Source: Acidimicrobiales bacterium (GTDB lineage Bacteria > Actinomycetota > Acidimicrobiia > Acidimicrobiales > AC-14). From it: 64,000 nt of DNA. The stretch lies in the NCBI GenBank assembly GCA_038232455.1, contig JBBSHU010000003.1, positions 2,912 through 66,911 on the forward strand. The letters run 5' to 3'. The number at the start of each line of letters is the position of its first letter. The stretch's first letter is position 1. Under the pieces are notes generated by a model. That model ran no database searches, was not told where the DNA came from, and saw only the letters and a program-made list of their open reading frames with translations. The position numbers and the translations under genes are program-made. This document shows, one piece after another, positions 19,181-27,626 of the stretch.

Positions 19181-19717
19181 ATGGCCACGAAGATGAGCTT
19201 GCGGATACTGGCGATGGGCGTGATGGCATCGTCACTGGTGGTGGGGGGGGCCACGGTCGCGGCCGCCGGCCCCGGCGTTCCCAAGCCGGTGGTGTACGCG
19301 GCCGGTGCGCTGAAGGACCTCTCGGCGGCTTCCAATCCAACCGATGGCGCCAAGGCCAAGTTCTTGGCCACCGCCGGCCCCACCGGTACCCACGCCGTGC
19401 TCGTCGTCAAGGGCCTCGCCCCCACCGCGGTCGGCTCCACGTTCGGAGCCCATGTCCACGTCGGGTCCTGCGTCGCCGGCGCACCCTTGACGGCCGGGCC
19501 TCACTACAACTCCGGCCCTCCCGGCGCTCCCGCCGACCCGCAGCACGAGATCTGGCTCGACTTCACCGTCCTCCCGGGCGGCGTCGGGGTGGCACAGACG
19601 ACGGTGCCGTTCACCATTGCCCCCGGTGCCGCCAACTCCGTGGTGATCCACGCCCTGCCCACCCCGCCGGGGGGCAACGCCGGAACCCGCCTCGCCTGCC
19701 TGCCGGTCCAGTTCTGA
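19181..19717 (+). CDS. sodC: Cu/Zn superoxide dismutase-like secreted protein
   Basis: Signal peptide, GAHVHVGSC (H-x-H), GPHYN, HEIWLD, VVIHA and the C-terminal AGTRLACLPV. SD aaggagg lies 8 nt upstream. Confidence 0.8.
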   Translation: MATKMSLRILAMGVMASSLVVGGATVAAAGPGVPKPVVYAAGALKDLSAASNPTDGAKAKFLATAGPTGTHAVLVVKGLAPTAVGSTFGAHVHVGSCVAGAPLTAGPHYNSGPPGAPADPQHEIWLDFTVLPGGVGVAQTTVPFTIAPGAANSVVIHALPTPPGGNAGTRLACLPVQF

Positions 19718-19749
19718 CCGGACGTCACCTGAACAGCTGAATGGGCTCA

Positions 19750-19781
19750 GCCGTGGCCATCCCTTGGAGGGTGGCCACGGC
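19750..19781. terminator. bidirectional hairpin between convergent sodC-like and parA-like genes
   Basis: gccgtggcca (19750-19759) pairs perfectly with tggccacggc (19772-19781). The loop adds inner ccct/aggg pairing. No clear U-tract. Confidence 0.45.
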
Positions 19782-19784
19782 GCC

Positions 19785-20528
19785 TCAATCACACAACCGG
19801 ACTGCCACCTCCGCCCACAGATCGCGAAAGGCCCGGGCGGCAGGGGTGGAGGGTGCGAACGTGGCGACCGGGGCTCGTTCAGGGCCCATCCGCTCGATGA
19901 TGCTGGCGCCGGGGATCACCGTGGTGAGCAGGTCCGGCCATTCGGCCCGCAGGTTGTCGACCAGGTCCCGATGGAGTCGCTTGCGTCGATCGACCATCGA
20001 CAGGTAGGGCAGAAGCCCGGGTGCATCGGGGGTCCGGTCGAGGAAGCCGGCGAGCTGTCCGAGCGTGCGCGATGACAGCGTGGTGGGGATGACGGGCACC
20101 AGGAGCCCGTGGGCGGCCCCGAACACGCTCTCGCTGGCCAGGGAGATGCTCGGCGGGCAATCGAGGATGGCGACGTCGTAGCTGTCGGCCACGGCTTCGA
20201 GCAACGAGGCCAGGCGTTCGGTGGGCCGCTTCCGACCATCGAGGTGCAGGTCGAGGTGACGGAGGGAGAAGTCGGCAGGCACGACGTGCAGGCCGGGCAG
20301 GTCGGTGGCGCGTACGTGGGCGGCCAGCGCGCCCCTGCCGCTGACCAGGCGTTCGGTGCCGCCCTTCAGCTTGGGCTTGACCCGGAAGAAGAACGTGGCC
20401 GCGCCCTGGGGGTCGAGGTCCCACACAAGTACTCGGGCTCCGTTGCCGGCCGCCTCATAGGCGAGGTTCACCGCCGACGTCGTCTTTCCGACTCCTCCCT
20501 TGATGCTGTAGGTCGCCAGTACCTTCAC
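19785..20528 (-). CDS. orphan ParA/MinD-family P-loop ATPase
   Basis: GTG start. Deviant Walker A SIKGGVGKTTSAVNLA, DLDPQG, and Walker B VAILDCPPS. 247 aa, no N-terminal HTH and no parB nearby. The start overlaps the stop of the upstream CHAD gene (GTGA). Confidence 0.9.
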   Translation of the reverse strand: MKVLATYSIKGGVGKTTSAVNLAYEAAGNGARVLVWDLDPQGAATFFFRVKPKLKGGTERLVSGRGALAAHVRATDLPGLHVVPADFSLRHLDLHLDGRKRPTERLASLLEAVADSYDVAILDCPPSISLASESVFGAAHGLLVPVIPTTLSSRTLGQLAGFLDRTPDAPGLLPYLSMVDRRKRLHRDLVDNLRAEWPDLLTTVIPGASIIERMGPERAPVATFAPSTPAARAFRDLWAEVAVRLCD

Positions 20529-22087
20529 GGTGTGGCTTCCGCAGCCGAGCGGAGAAGGGTGTCGAGACGGCGACGGGTCTTGGCCGTGTCGTAGGCGGCG
20601 AAGCGCTCGGCGAACTCCGAGCGGGCGGCGATGCGACGTCGCTCGAACTCTCCGGCCAGCTGGCCCATGGCCACCAGCGTGTCGGCTCCGGCACCGGCGC
20701 CGGTCATCTCGTGGGACATCGCCCGCAGTTGGGCGGCGTGCACCTCGGTGTCCTGGTGTTCACCGAGGTTGTCCTGGAGCGCCTTCAGTCGTTGGACGAA
20801 TGCCTTGCGCTCGCCCGAGGGAACCACGGCACCGAAGCACTCGAGAAGGTAGCGGAGCTTCTTGGCGTCCTTGCGTAGCTCGTGCAGCTCCTCGGCCGGT
20901 GTATCCGGGCCGATCCCCCTTCCCCTGGCGACGAGGCGGTCGTTGGCAACGCGGATACGGCGGGCGGCGACCTCACCGATGGGAGCGGGGGCGTCGACGC
21001 CGAGGCGCTGTCCGCCCGCGGGTTCCCTCAGCCAGTCCCGCCACGCGCCCATGAGCTCGTGGAAGCGCTCGGACCTCAACAACATGGCCAACGCGACGTG
21101 CTCGTTTCGGCGCTGGTGGTCGATGTGTTCGAAAAGCGGCCCCAGCGCTGCGGCGACATCGGTTCCCAAGGGGCCCACGTAGGTGTCCCACTCGATCACG
21201 TACACATCGAGGTCGCGGGCCGGGCCGGTGGCTGCGCCGAGCCAGCCGAACCCCTCCCGGAAGCGATCGCGTGCGGCGGCAGGCAGGACTCGCTTCCCCT
21301 GGGCCAGCACCGAGCGGGTACGACGCACGGCCACCCGGAGGTCGTGCAGGAACTCCGGGTCGACATGTTCGATGGTGCCCTGACAGTTGGCGTCGACCTC
21401 GCCGGTCAGATTGGCGAGTACCCGGCGGAAGGCGTCGAACGCCGGCTCACGACGGTCGAGGGCCACGGTTGGCGATCCCGAGTGTCCGCCCAGGTCGACT
21501 CCGGCACTGGTAGCCGCGAAAGTCATGAGATCGCCGTCGAGCTGGTGGAGCCCGAGCGACCCCAGCAGAGCCCTCGCCCGCTCGGCGGCCTTGGGGTAGC
21601 CGGCCAATTCGTCGACCTCGGCCACCCAGCTCGGGCCCAGGCCGCGGTGCTCGCCGTCCGGAGCGCCGGTCAGGCCCTCCAGCTGGTCGTGGACGACCAC
21701 CGACGCCACGGTCTTGTCGAGCTTGTCGCGCTGCACGGCGGGCCTCTGGCGGCTGGCCAGACCCACGACGGGCATCAGGGCCCGGACGTCGAGCAGAGGG
21801 GCGAGGCGGGACCGGAGAGGCCCGACGGGGAGATCGGAACCGAACCGGGGAGGGCAGGACACGGGAATGTGGGCCGACGCCGGACCACCACCGGTGAGCA
21901 CCAGCTCGCGCCCCGACGCCTCCTGGAATTCGAGGCGCAGGCCTGCGGCATTGAGTCGACCGTCGAACGTGTCGAGCAGCGTCCGGCGCATCGCCAGGGC
22001 CGGGCCGGTTTCGAAACCACTCTCGGCCAGGGCCGCCAGGACGCCATCGGCGTCGATGCCCGGATGGGTATAGAGGGGGGAGGCCAC
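20525..22087 (-). CDS. CHAD-domain protein with degenerate CYTH-like N-terminus
   Basis: CHAD helices with conserved basic motifs LHDLRVAVRRTRSVL and LHELRKDAKKLRYLLECF, plus LGEHQD. The N-terminal ~190 aa are CYTH-like in length and position but lack the ExExK signature. Confidence 0.85.
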   Translation of the reverse strand: MASPLYTHPGIDADGVLAALAESGFETGPALAMRRTLLDTFDGRLNAAGLRLEFQEASGRELVLTGGGPASAHIPVSCPPRFGSDLPVGPLRSRLAPLLDVRALMPVVGLASRQRPAVQRDKLDKTVASVVVHDQLEGLTGAPDGEHRGLGPSWVAEVDELAGYPKAAERARALLGSLGLHQLDGDLMTFAATSAGVDLGGHSGSPTVALDRREPAFDAFRRVLANLTGEVDANCQGTIEHVDPEFLHDLRVAVRRTRSVLAQGKRVLPAAARDRFREGFGWLGAATGPARDLDVYVIEWDTYVGPLGTDVAAALGPLFEHIDHQRRNEHVALAMLLRSERFHELMGAWRDWLREPAGGQRLGVDAPAPIGEVAARRIRVANDRLVARGRGIGPDTPAEELHELRKDAKKLRYLLECFGAVVPSGERKAFVQRLKALQDNLGEHQDTEVHAAQLRAMSHEMTGAGAGADTLVAMGQLAGEFERRRIAARSEFAERFAAYDTAKTRRRLDTLLRSAAEATP

Positions 22088-22134
22088 GGTCCCGCCGAAT
22101 GTAGGCGGTCGACGACGACGCCGCGGCGGGCTCG

Positions 22135-23025
22135 TTAGGCGAAGCGGATGATGCTGATGAGGCCGGCGGCCAGGCTGTAGACGGCGAAGGGGAGCAGGGT
22201 CCCCGATCGGAAGAACCGGACCAGGAAGTGCACCGACACGAAGGCGGCGGCACCGGCGAAGAGGCTGCCGACGAGGGCCTGGGCCCGTACGCCGTCGCCC
22301 AGGCTGCCGGCCAGGTCGGGGACCTTGTAGATGCCCGCGGCGAGGATGATGGGAGTGGCCATCAGGAACGAGAAGCGGGCGGCGTCCTCGTGGTCGAGAC
22401 CCCGCAGCAGGCCGGCGACCATGGTGATCCCCGAACGGCTGATGCCGGCGAAGAGGGAGCCGACCTGGGCGACACCGATGGCCCCCGCTTCCTTGAAGTC
22501 AAGGGTGTCGAGACGTCGGCCCTCTTCCTCGCCGGAAGCCGACGTTGGGTGGGCGGCAACCAGCTTGCGGACGGCCGACCGCCGGCGGACCTGCTCGCCG
22601 GCCAGGAGGATGACCCCGTTGATGGTGAGGAAGATGGCGGCCGCCAAGGGCTTGGCGAACAGGGTGCGCAACGTGTGCTCGAGGGCGAGGCCGACCACCC
22701 CGGTGGGAATGGTGGCCACCACGAGCAGCCACGCCAGGCGTTCATCCGGCGTTTCGATCCGCCTGGTGCGCAGGGTGCGGAAGAAGCCACCGATGATGCG
22801 CACCCACTCGGCCCGGAAGTAGACGAGCAGGGCCACCGCGGTGGCGACGTGGAGGGCAACCACGAAGGCCAGGTAGAACGATTCGTCGGCGGACTGGGCG
22901 GTGACGAGGCGGTCCCATCCCAGCCATGCCGGCACCAGGACCGAGTGGCCCAGGCTGGAGATCGGGAACAGCTCGGTGACTCCCTGCAGGAGGCCGATCA
23001 CGATGGCCTGGAAGTAGGTGATCAT
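22135..23025 (-). CDS. uppP: undecaprenyl-diphosphate phosphatase
   Basis: MITYFQAIVIGLLQGVTELFPISSLGHSVLVP and GISRSGITM are BacA/UppP signatures; 8 TM-like segments. Confidence 0.95.
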   Translation of the reverse strand: MITYFQAIVIGLLQGVTELFPISSLGHSVLVPAWLGWDRLVTAQSADESFYLAFVVALHVATAVALLVYFRAEWVRIIGGFFRTLRTRRIETPDERLAWLLVVATIPTGVVGLALEHTLRTLFAKPLAAAIFLTINGVILLAGEQVRRRSAVRKLVAAHPTSASGEEEGRRLDTLDFKEAGAIGVAQVGSLFAGISRSGITMVAGLLRGLDHEDAARFSFLMATPIILAAGIYKVPDLAGSLGDGVRAQALVGSLFAGAAAFVSVHFLVRFFRSGTLLPFAVYSLAAGLISIIRFA

Positions 23026-23037
23026 GATGTCTTTCTA

Positions 23038-23052
23038 CTACGCCTGTCGTAG
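23038..23052. promoter_or_regulatory. candidate BlaI-family operator (CTACG-N5-CGTAG)
   Basis: ctacgcctgtcgtag is a perfect 5-5-5 inverted repeat in the 52-bp uppP/blaI divergent spacer. A further ctacgg lies at 23061. TAAAGT at 23067-23072 sits 5 nt before the GTG. Confidence 0.45.
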
Positions 23053-23077
23053 CGCAGCCTCTACGGTAAAGTCAGGC

Positions 23078-23473
23078 GTGACCGCGCGCCGAGACCGGGG
23101 CCGGGGACGCGTCGGATCACGACGCCGCCCCGGTGAGCTCGAGAGTGAAGTCCTTGCTGCGTTGTGGGCCGGGTCGGAGCCGATGCCTCCGGCCGAGGTG
23201 CAGGCCGCCATAGGTGGGGACCTGGCGTACACCACGGTCATGACGATCCTCGTGCGTCTACACGGAAAGGGACTGATCGAGCGCACCAAGGTGGGCCGGG
23301 CGTTCGCCTACCGGCCGGTGGTGGCCGAGACCGACGTGGTGGCCGACCAGGTGCGTCGCCTCCTCGCCCACGGCCACGACCGCGTCGCCGTGCTGCAGGG
23401 CTTCATCGACGGCCTGCGGCCGGGGGACGAGGCGATGCTGCGGAGCATGCTCGCCGACATCGGGGAGCCGTGA
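23078..23473 (+). CDS. blaI: BlaI/MecI/CopY-family transcriptional repressor
   Basis: LESEVLAALW...AYTTVMTILVRLHGKGLIERTKVGRAFAYRP is a winged-helix penicillinase-repressor fold. GTG 23078 chosen; the start is uncertain. Confidence 0.85.
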   Translation: MTARRDRGRGRVGSRRRPGELESEVLAALWAGSEPMPPAEVQAAIGGDLAYTTVMTILVRLHGKGLIERTKVGRAFAYRPVVAETDVVADQVRRLLAHGHDRVAVLQGFIDGLRPGDEAMLRSMLADIGEP

Positions 23474-23474
23474 C

Positions 23475-24431
23475 GTGCGGACGGTGATCTACGTTCCGTT
23501 CGCCCTCAGCCTGGCGTTCGTCGGCCTGAGCCGCCTGGTGTGCCGGCGGACGTCGCCGCGCCCCGCAGCGTGGTCGGTCGCTGTTGCCATGGTGGTCCTG
23601 GCCGGGTCCACCGTGGCTGCCCTCGGGCTGTTGGCCTGGCCGCTGGCGGCGCGTCTGCCGATGGTCGCCCACCTCGGAGGATGGCAGCCGGATGCGGTGA
23701 ACCATGGCGTGCCGGTTCCCGAACTGGAGTCGATCGTCGCCTCCCTTGTCCTCGCCGCTATTGCGGCGACGGCGTTCTGCCACCTGAGTCGTCTCCGTGG
23801 CGCCTGCGTCGAGATATCGACGATGCACGTCGACCTGGGACCGGCCGCGGTGGATGGCCTGGTCGTGATCGACGACCCTCAACCGGGTGCCCATGCCCTA
23901 CCCGCCACCCTTGCCCGCCGGGGCGTCGTCGTGGTGTCGACAGGAATGCTCGAGGCCCTCGACGACGACGAACGGGTCGCGGTTCTGGCCCACGAACGGG
24001 CCCACCTGGCCCACGCCCACCGGCTCTTCCTGGTCGTCGCCGGCCTGGCCGCAGCCTTGAACCCGCTGCTGGTGTCCTGTCGTGGCGATCTCGCTTTCGC
24101 CCTCGAGCGCTGGGCCGACGAGGATGCGGCCAGGCGGAGTGGCCGGACGGTCACCGCCCGGGCCCTGGCCAAGGCATCGCTGGCGAAGCTGGCGACCCTC
24201 CGCCCGCGGATCTCGCCGAGCCCGTTCTTGGGTCCGAACGGAGGTCTGGCCATGGAGCTCGTACGACTCGGCGTCCCTCACCGGGTTGCCGCACTTCTGG
24301 AGCCGGAACCCCGAGGTGGGCGCACCTGGCCGGCCTGGCTGCCGGCCGGACTGGCCGTCATCGGCATTGTCGCGGTCGTGTGGGCGACCCGCGACACCGA
24401 ACATCTTTTCGAGCTTCTCCAGGCGCACTGA
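23475..24431 (+). CDS. M56-family (BlaR1-like) membrane metallopeptidase
   Basis: Multi-TM N-terminus and the zinc motif VLAHERAHLAH (HExxH). It begins 2 nt after blaI. Confidence 0.8.
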   Translation: MRTVIYVPFALSLAFVGLSRLVCRRTSPRPAAWSVAVAMVVLAGSTVAALGLLAWPLAARLPMVAHLGGWQPDAVNHGVPVPELESIVASLVLAAIAATAFCHLSRLRGACVEISTMHVDLGPAAVDGLVVIDDPQPGAHALPATLARRGVVVVSTGMLEALDDDERVAVLAHERAHLAHAHRLFLVVAGLAAALNPLLVSCRGDLAFALERWADEDAARRSGRTVTARALAKASLAKLATLRPRISPSPFLGPNGGLAMELVRLGVPHRVAALLEPEPRGGRTWPAWLPAGLAVIGIVAVVWATRDTEHLFELLQAH

Positions 24432-24475
24432 CCTAACGTGGGGCTCGACCGAGACCAGAGCGGGAGCGACGCACG

Positions 24476-24893
24476 ATGAGCGACATGAACGACTGGAACG
24501 CCAAGATCATCGAGGAGTTCCGCAGCAACGAGGGCAAGGTCGGCGGCCAGTTCGAGGGCGCACCCCTCCTTTTACTTCACAGCACCGGGGCCAAGAGCGG
24601 CGAGGAGCGGGTCAACCCGATGATGTACCAGGCAGTGGGGTCGGATATGGCCGTCTTCGCTTCCAAAGCGGGGCGCGCCGACCAATCCCGACTGGTACCA
24701 CAACCTGGTGGCCAACCCCCGGGCCATGGCCGAGGTGGGGACGGAGAAGGTTCACGTCACGGCCAGGGTCGCCGAAGGCGACGAGCGGGACCGCATCTGG
24801 ACGAAGCAGAAGGCCGACTACCCAGGCTTCGCCGAGTACGAGCAGGCCACGTCGCGCCAGATCCCCGTTGTCATCCTGACCCCGGAGAGCTGA
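24476..24893 (+). pseudogene. Ddn-family (F420H2-dependent nitroreductase-like) gene, frameshifted
   Basis: MSDMNDWNAKIIEEFRSNEGKVGGQFEGAPLLLLHSTGAKSGEERVNPMMY...FASKAG continues in the +1 frame as PTNPDWYHNLVANP...EGDERDRIWTKQKADYPGFAEYEQATSRQIPVVILTPES. There is an extra nucleotide in ggggcgcg (24670-24677). Confidence 0.75.
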
Positions 24894-25293
24894 TCCGCCC
24901 GATCCTGTCGGCCGCGCCTGTCGCGCAGCCGACGCAGGTCCGGGCGACGATGTGGGCTCTCATCCGGTCGATGCCGATCGGGCGCCCACAGCTCTCGCAG
25001 ACGCCGTAGGTCCCGACGAGAAGCCTTTCTCGGGCTTGGTCGATCGCGCCGAGGTGCCGACGAGCGTCGCTCACCAGCGCCGCCACCTGGGCCCGCTCGA
25101 ACCCCAGGGTTGCGCCTTCAGGGTCGTGCTCGTCGTCGGCCACCGTCAACGCACTCGACTCGATGATCGCGTCGAGTTGCTCCACGAGGCCGGCCAGGCG
25201 CGCCGACGCCTCGACCCGCTCGGACTCCAGCAGTGCGTCGAGTGCCCCCCGCTCCGCCGTGGTCAGACCGGGGCCGATTGGGTTCTCGCTCAT
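24871..25293 (-). CDS. TraR/DksA-family zinc-finger protein
   Basis: ATG 25293. Coiled-coil N-terminus and C4 finger CESCGRPIGIDRMRAHIVARTCVGC. Confidence 0.8.
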   Translation of the reverse strand: MSENPIGPGLTTAERGALDALLESERVEASARLAGLVEQLDAIIESSALTVADDEHDPEGATLGFERAQVAALVSDARRHLGAIDQARERLLVGTYGVCESCGRPIGIDRMRAHIVARTCVGCATGAADRIGRISSPGSG

Positions 25294-25329
25294 CTGAAGG
25301 ATGATCGCGCGGGCCGGGCAACTACTACC

Positions 25330-27462
25330 GTGGGAACCGTGACCGAATTGGATGTCAGAGCCGAGGGCGGCGACTCGGGGGCGTCGTCGGAGCACGGCGG
25401 CGAGCGCCGGTACCTCAACCGCGACCTGTCGTGGCTCGACTTCGCCGGCCGGGTGCTCACGCTGGCCGAGGACGACCACCAACCGGTGCTCGAAAGGGCG
25501 AAGTTCCTCGCTATCTTCAGTGACGGCCTCGACGAGTTCTTCCAGGTCCGCGTCGCCGGGCTCAAAGAGCAGGTCGCCGCCGGTCTGGGGGCCACCAGTC
25601 CCGACGGCATGAGCCCCACCGAGCAGCTACGCGCCATCTGCGAACGGGTGCACGAGCTGTTCGCCCGCCAGAGCCGGGCGTTCCTCGAAGGCGTGGCGCC
25701 GGGGTTGGCCGAAGCCGGCGTGGTGTTGTCCGACTGGGACTCGCTCGACGACGACGACCGCGAGTTCCTGGTGACGGCGTTCCACGAGCGCATCTTCCCG
25801 GTGCTGACCCCCCTTGCCGTCGACCCCGGCCATCCCTTCCCGTACATCTCGAACATGTCGCTGAACCTGGCGGTGACCGTGCGCGACGCCAACACGGGCG
25901 AGAACCGTTTCGCGCGGGTCAAGGTTCCCCCGCTGCTTCCCCGGTTCGTCGTGATGCCCGACGGTGAGCGTTTCGTGCCCATCGAACAGGTCATCGCCGC
26001 CCACCTGGGCACCTTGTTCCCGGGGATGGAGATCCAGGACCGGGAGTCGTTCCGGGTCACCCGAAATGCCGACCTGGCCATGGAGGAGGGCGAGGCCGAC
26101 GATCTGCTCGCGGCGGTGGAGCTGGAGCTGCGGCGGCGCCGGTTCGGCCGGGCCGTACGCCTCGAGGTCGACGCCAAGATGACCGAGGAGACCCGCCAGT
26201 TGCTCATGCGGGAGATGGAGATCCAGCCCGACGATCTCTATCCCGTCGAGAGCCCGCTCGACCTGGCCGGGCTGTGGTCGGTGTACGAGCTCGACCGTCC
26301 CGAGCTCAAGGACGAGACCTGGGTCGGCATCACCCAACCGGCGCTCGTCGACGCCGAAGGCGACCCCGCCAACGTGTTCGCCGTGCTGCGCGAGCGCGAC
26401 ATCCTCGTTCACCATCCCTACGACTCGTTCACCACGTCGGTGGTGGCCTTCGTGGAGCAGGCGGCCGCCGACCCGAGCGTGCTGGCCATCAAGCAGACCC
26501 TCTACCGCACGTCGGGCGACAGCCCCATCGTCAAGGCGCTGATCCGCGCCGCCGAGGCGGGCAAGCAGGTCGCCGTGCTGGTCGAGCTCAAGGCCCGTTT
26601 CGACGAGCAGGCCAACATCGCCTGGGCCCGTGCGCTCGAAGAGGCGGGGGTCCACGTGGTCTACGGGCTGGTCGGCCTGAAGACCCACACCAAGACCGCC
26701 CTGGTCGTGCGCGACGAGCCCGAGGGGATTCGCCGCTACTGCCACATCGGCACCGGCAACTACAACCCCAAGACGGCGCGGCTCTACGAGGACCTGGGCC
26801 TGCTGTCGGCCGATCCCGACCTGGGGTCCGACCTGAGCGAGTTGTTCAACTACCTCACCGGCTACAGCCGCAAGTCGCAGTACCGCAAGCTCCTCGTGGC
26901 CCCGCTGTCGTTGCGCTCGGAGATGGTGGGCCTCATCCAGGCCCAGCGCGACGCCGGCTCCGAGGGGCGGATCGTGATGAAGATGAACAGCCTGGTCGAC
27001 TCGGCGGTCATCGACGAGCTCTACGCGGCGTCGGAAGCCGGGGTCAGCATCGACCTGATCGTGCGGGGGATCTGCTGCCTGCGGCCCGGAGCGGATGGGC
27101 TGTCGGAGAACATTCGCGTCCGTTCGATCGTGGGCCGCTACCTGGAGCACTCCCGCATCTACGCCTTCGGACAACGCGAAGAGCGCCGGTACCTCATTGG
27201 TTCGGCCGACCTCATGCCCCGGAACCTGGACCGCCGCGTCGAGGCTGTCACGCCCATCGAGGATGTCGAGCTGCAGGCCCGCCTCCAGGAGATTCTCGAC
27301 GTGTGCCTGTCTGACGACCTGCTGGCCTCGGAGCTGCACGCCGACGGGTCGTGGCAAAAGGTCGCGGTCGAGAAGGAGGTCAACGCCCAGCTCCGCCTCC
27401 ACGAGCTGGCCCTCGAGCGGGGCCGGCGCCGGCGGGAGGCGGACGCGGTGAGACGTAGCTAA
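25330..27462 (+). CDS. ppk: polyphosphate kinase 1
   Basis: RYLNRDLSWLDFAGRVL, FLAIFSDGLDEFFQVR and HTKTALVVR, then two PLD-like C-domains (HSRIYAF). GTG 25330 or 25339 as start. Confidence 0.95.
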   Translation: MGTVTELDVRAEGGDSGASSEHGGERRYLNRDLSWLDFAGRVLTLAEDDHQPVLERAKFLAIFSDGLDEFFQVRVAGLKEQVAAGLGATSPDGMSPTEQLRAICERVHELFARQSRAFLEGVAPGLAEAGVVLSDWDSLDDDDREFLVTAFHERIFPVLTPLAVDPGHPFPYISNMSLNLAVTVRDANTGENRFARVKVPPLLPRFVVMPDGERFVPIEQVIAAHLGTLFPGMEIQDRESFRVTRNADLAMEEGEADDLLAAVELELRRRRFGRAVRLEVDAKMTEETRQLLMREMEIQPDDLYPVESPLDLAGLWSVYELDRPELKDETWVGITQPALVDAEGDPANVFAVLRERDILVHHPYDSFTTSVVAFVEQAAADPSVLAIKQTLYRTSGDSPIVKALIRAAEAGKQVAVLVELKARFDEQANIAWARALEEAGVHVVYGLVGLKTHTKTALVVRDEPEGIRRYCHIGTGNYNPKTARLYEDLGLLSADPDLGSDLSELFNYLTGYSRKSQYRKLLVAPLSLRSEMVGLIQAQRDAGSEGRIVMKMNSLVDSAVIDELYAASEAGVSIDLIVRGICCLRPGADGLSENIRVRSIVGRYLEHSRIYAFGQREERRYLIGSADLMPRNLDRRVEAVTPIEDVELQARLQEILDVCLSDDLLASELHADGSWQKVAVEKEVNAQLRLHELALERGRRRREADAVRRS

Positions 27463-27624
27463 GTGCCCCATCAGGCGACATCTACCGCGCTCACGCCGGC
27501 CAGGACCACCGCTGACGGCGTCCTCGTCCCCGCCGTACGGCAGAGGGTGGGGCTTCGTCCTGCGGCCTTGCCGGCGGCGCTCCTGGCTCGCCGTGAGCAT
27601 CGCCAACGTCACCTGATGGGACAC
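27463..27624. repeat. imperfect long palindrome filling the ppk/CHAD intergenic spacer
   Basis: gtgccccatcaggcgac (27463-27479) pairs 15/17 with gtcacctgatgggacac (27608-27624). Nested arms are gctcacg/cgtgagc, gccagga/tcctggc and acggcg/cgccgt. Confidence 0.6.
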
Positions 27625-27626
27625 TA

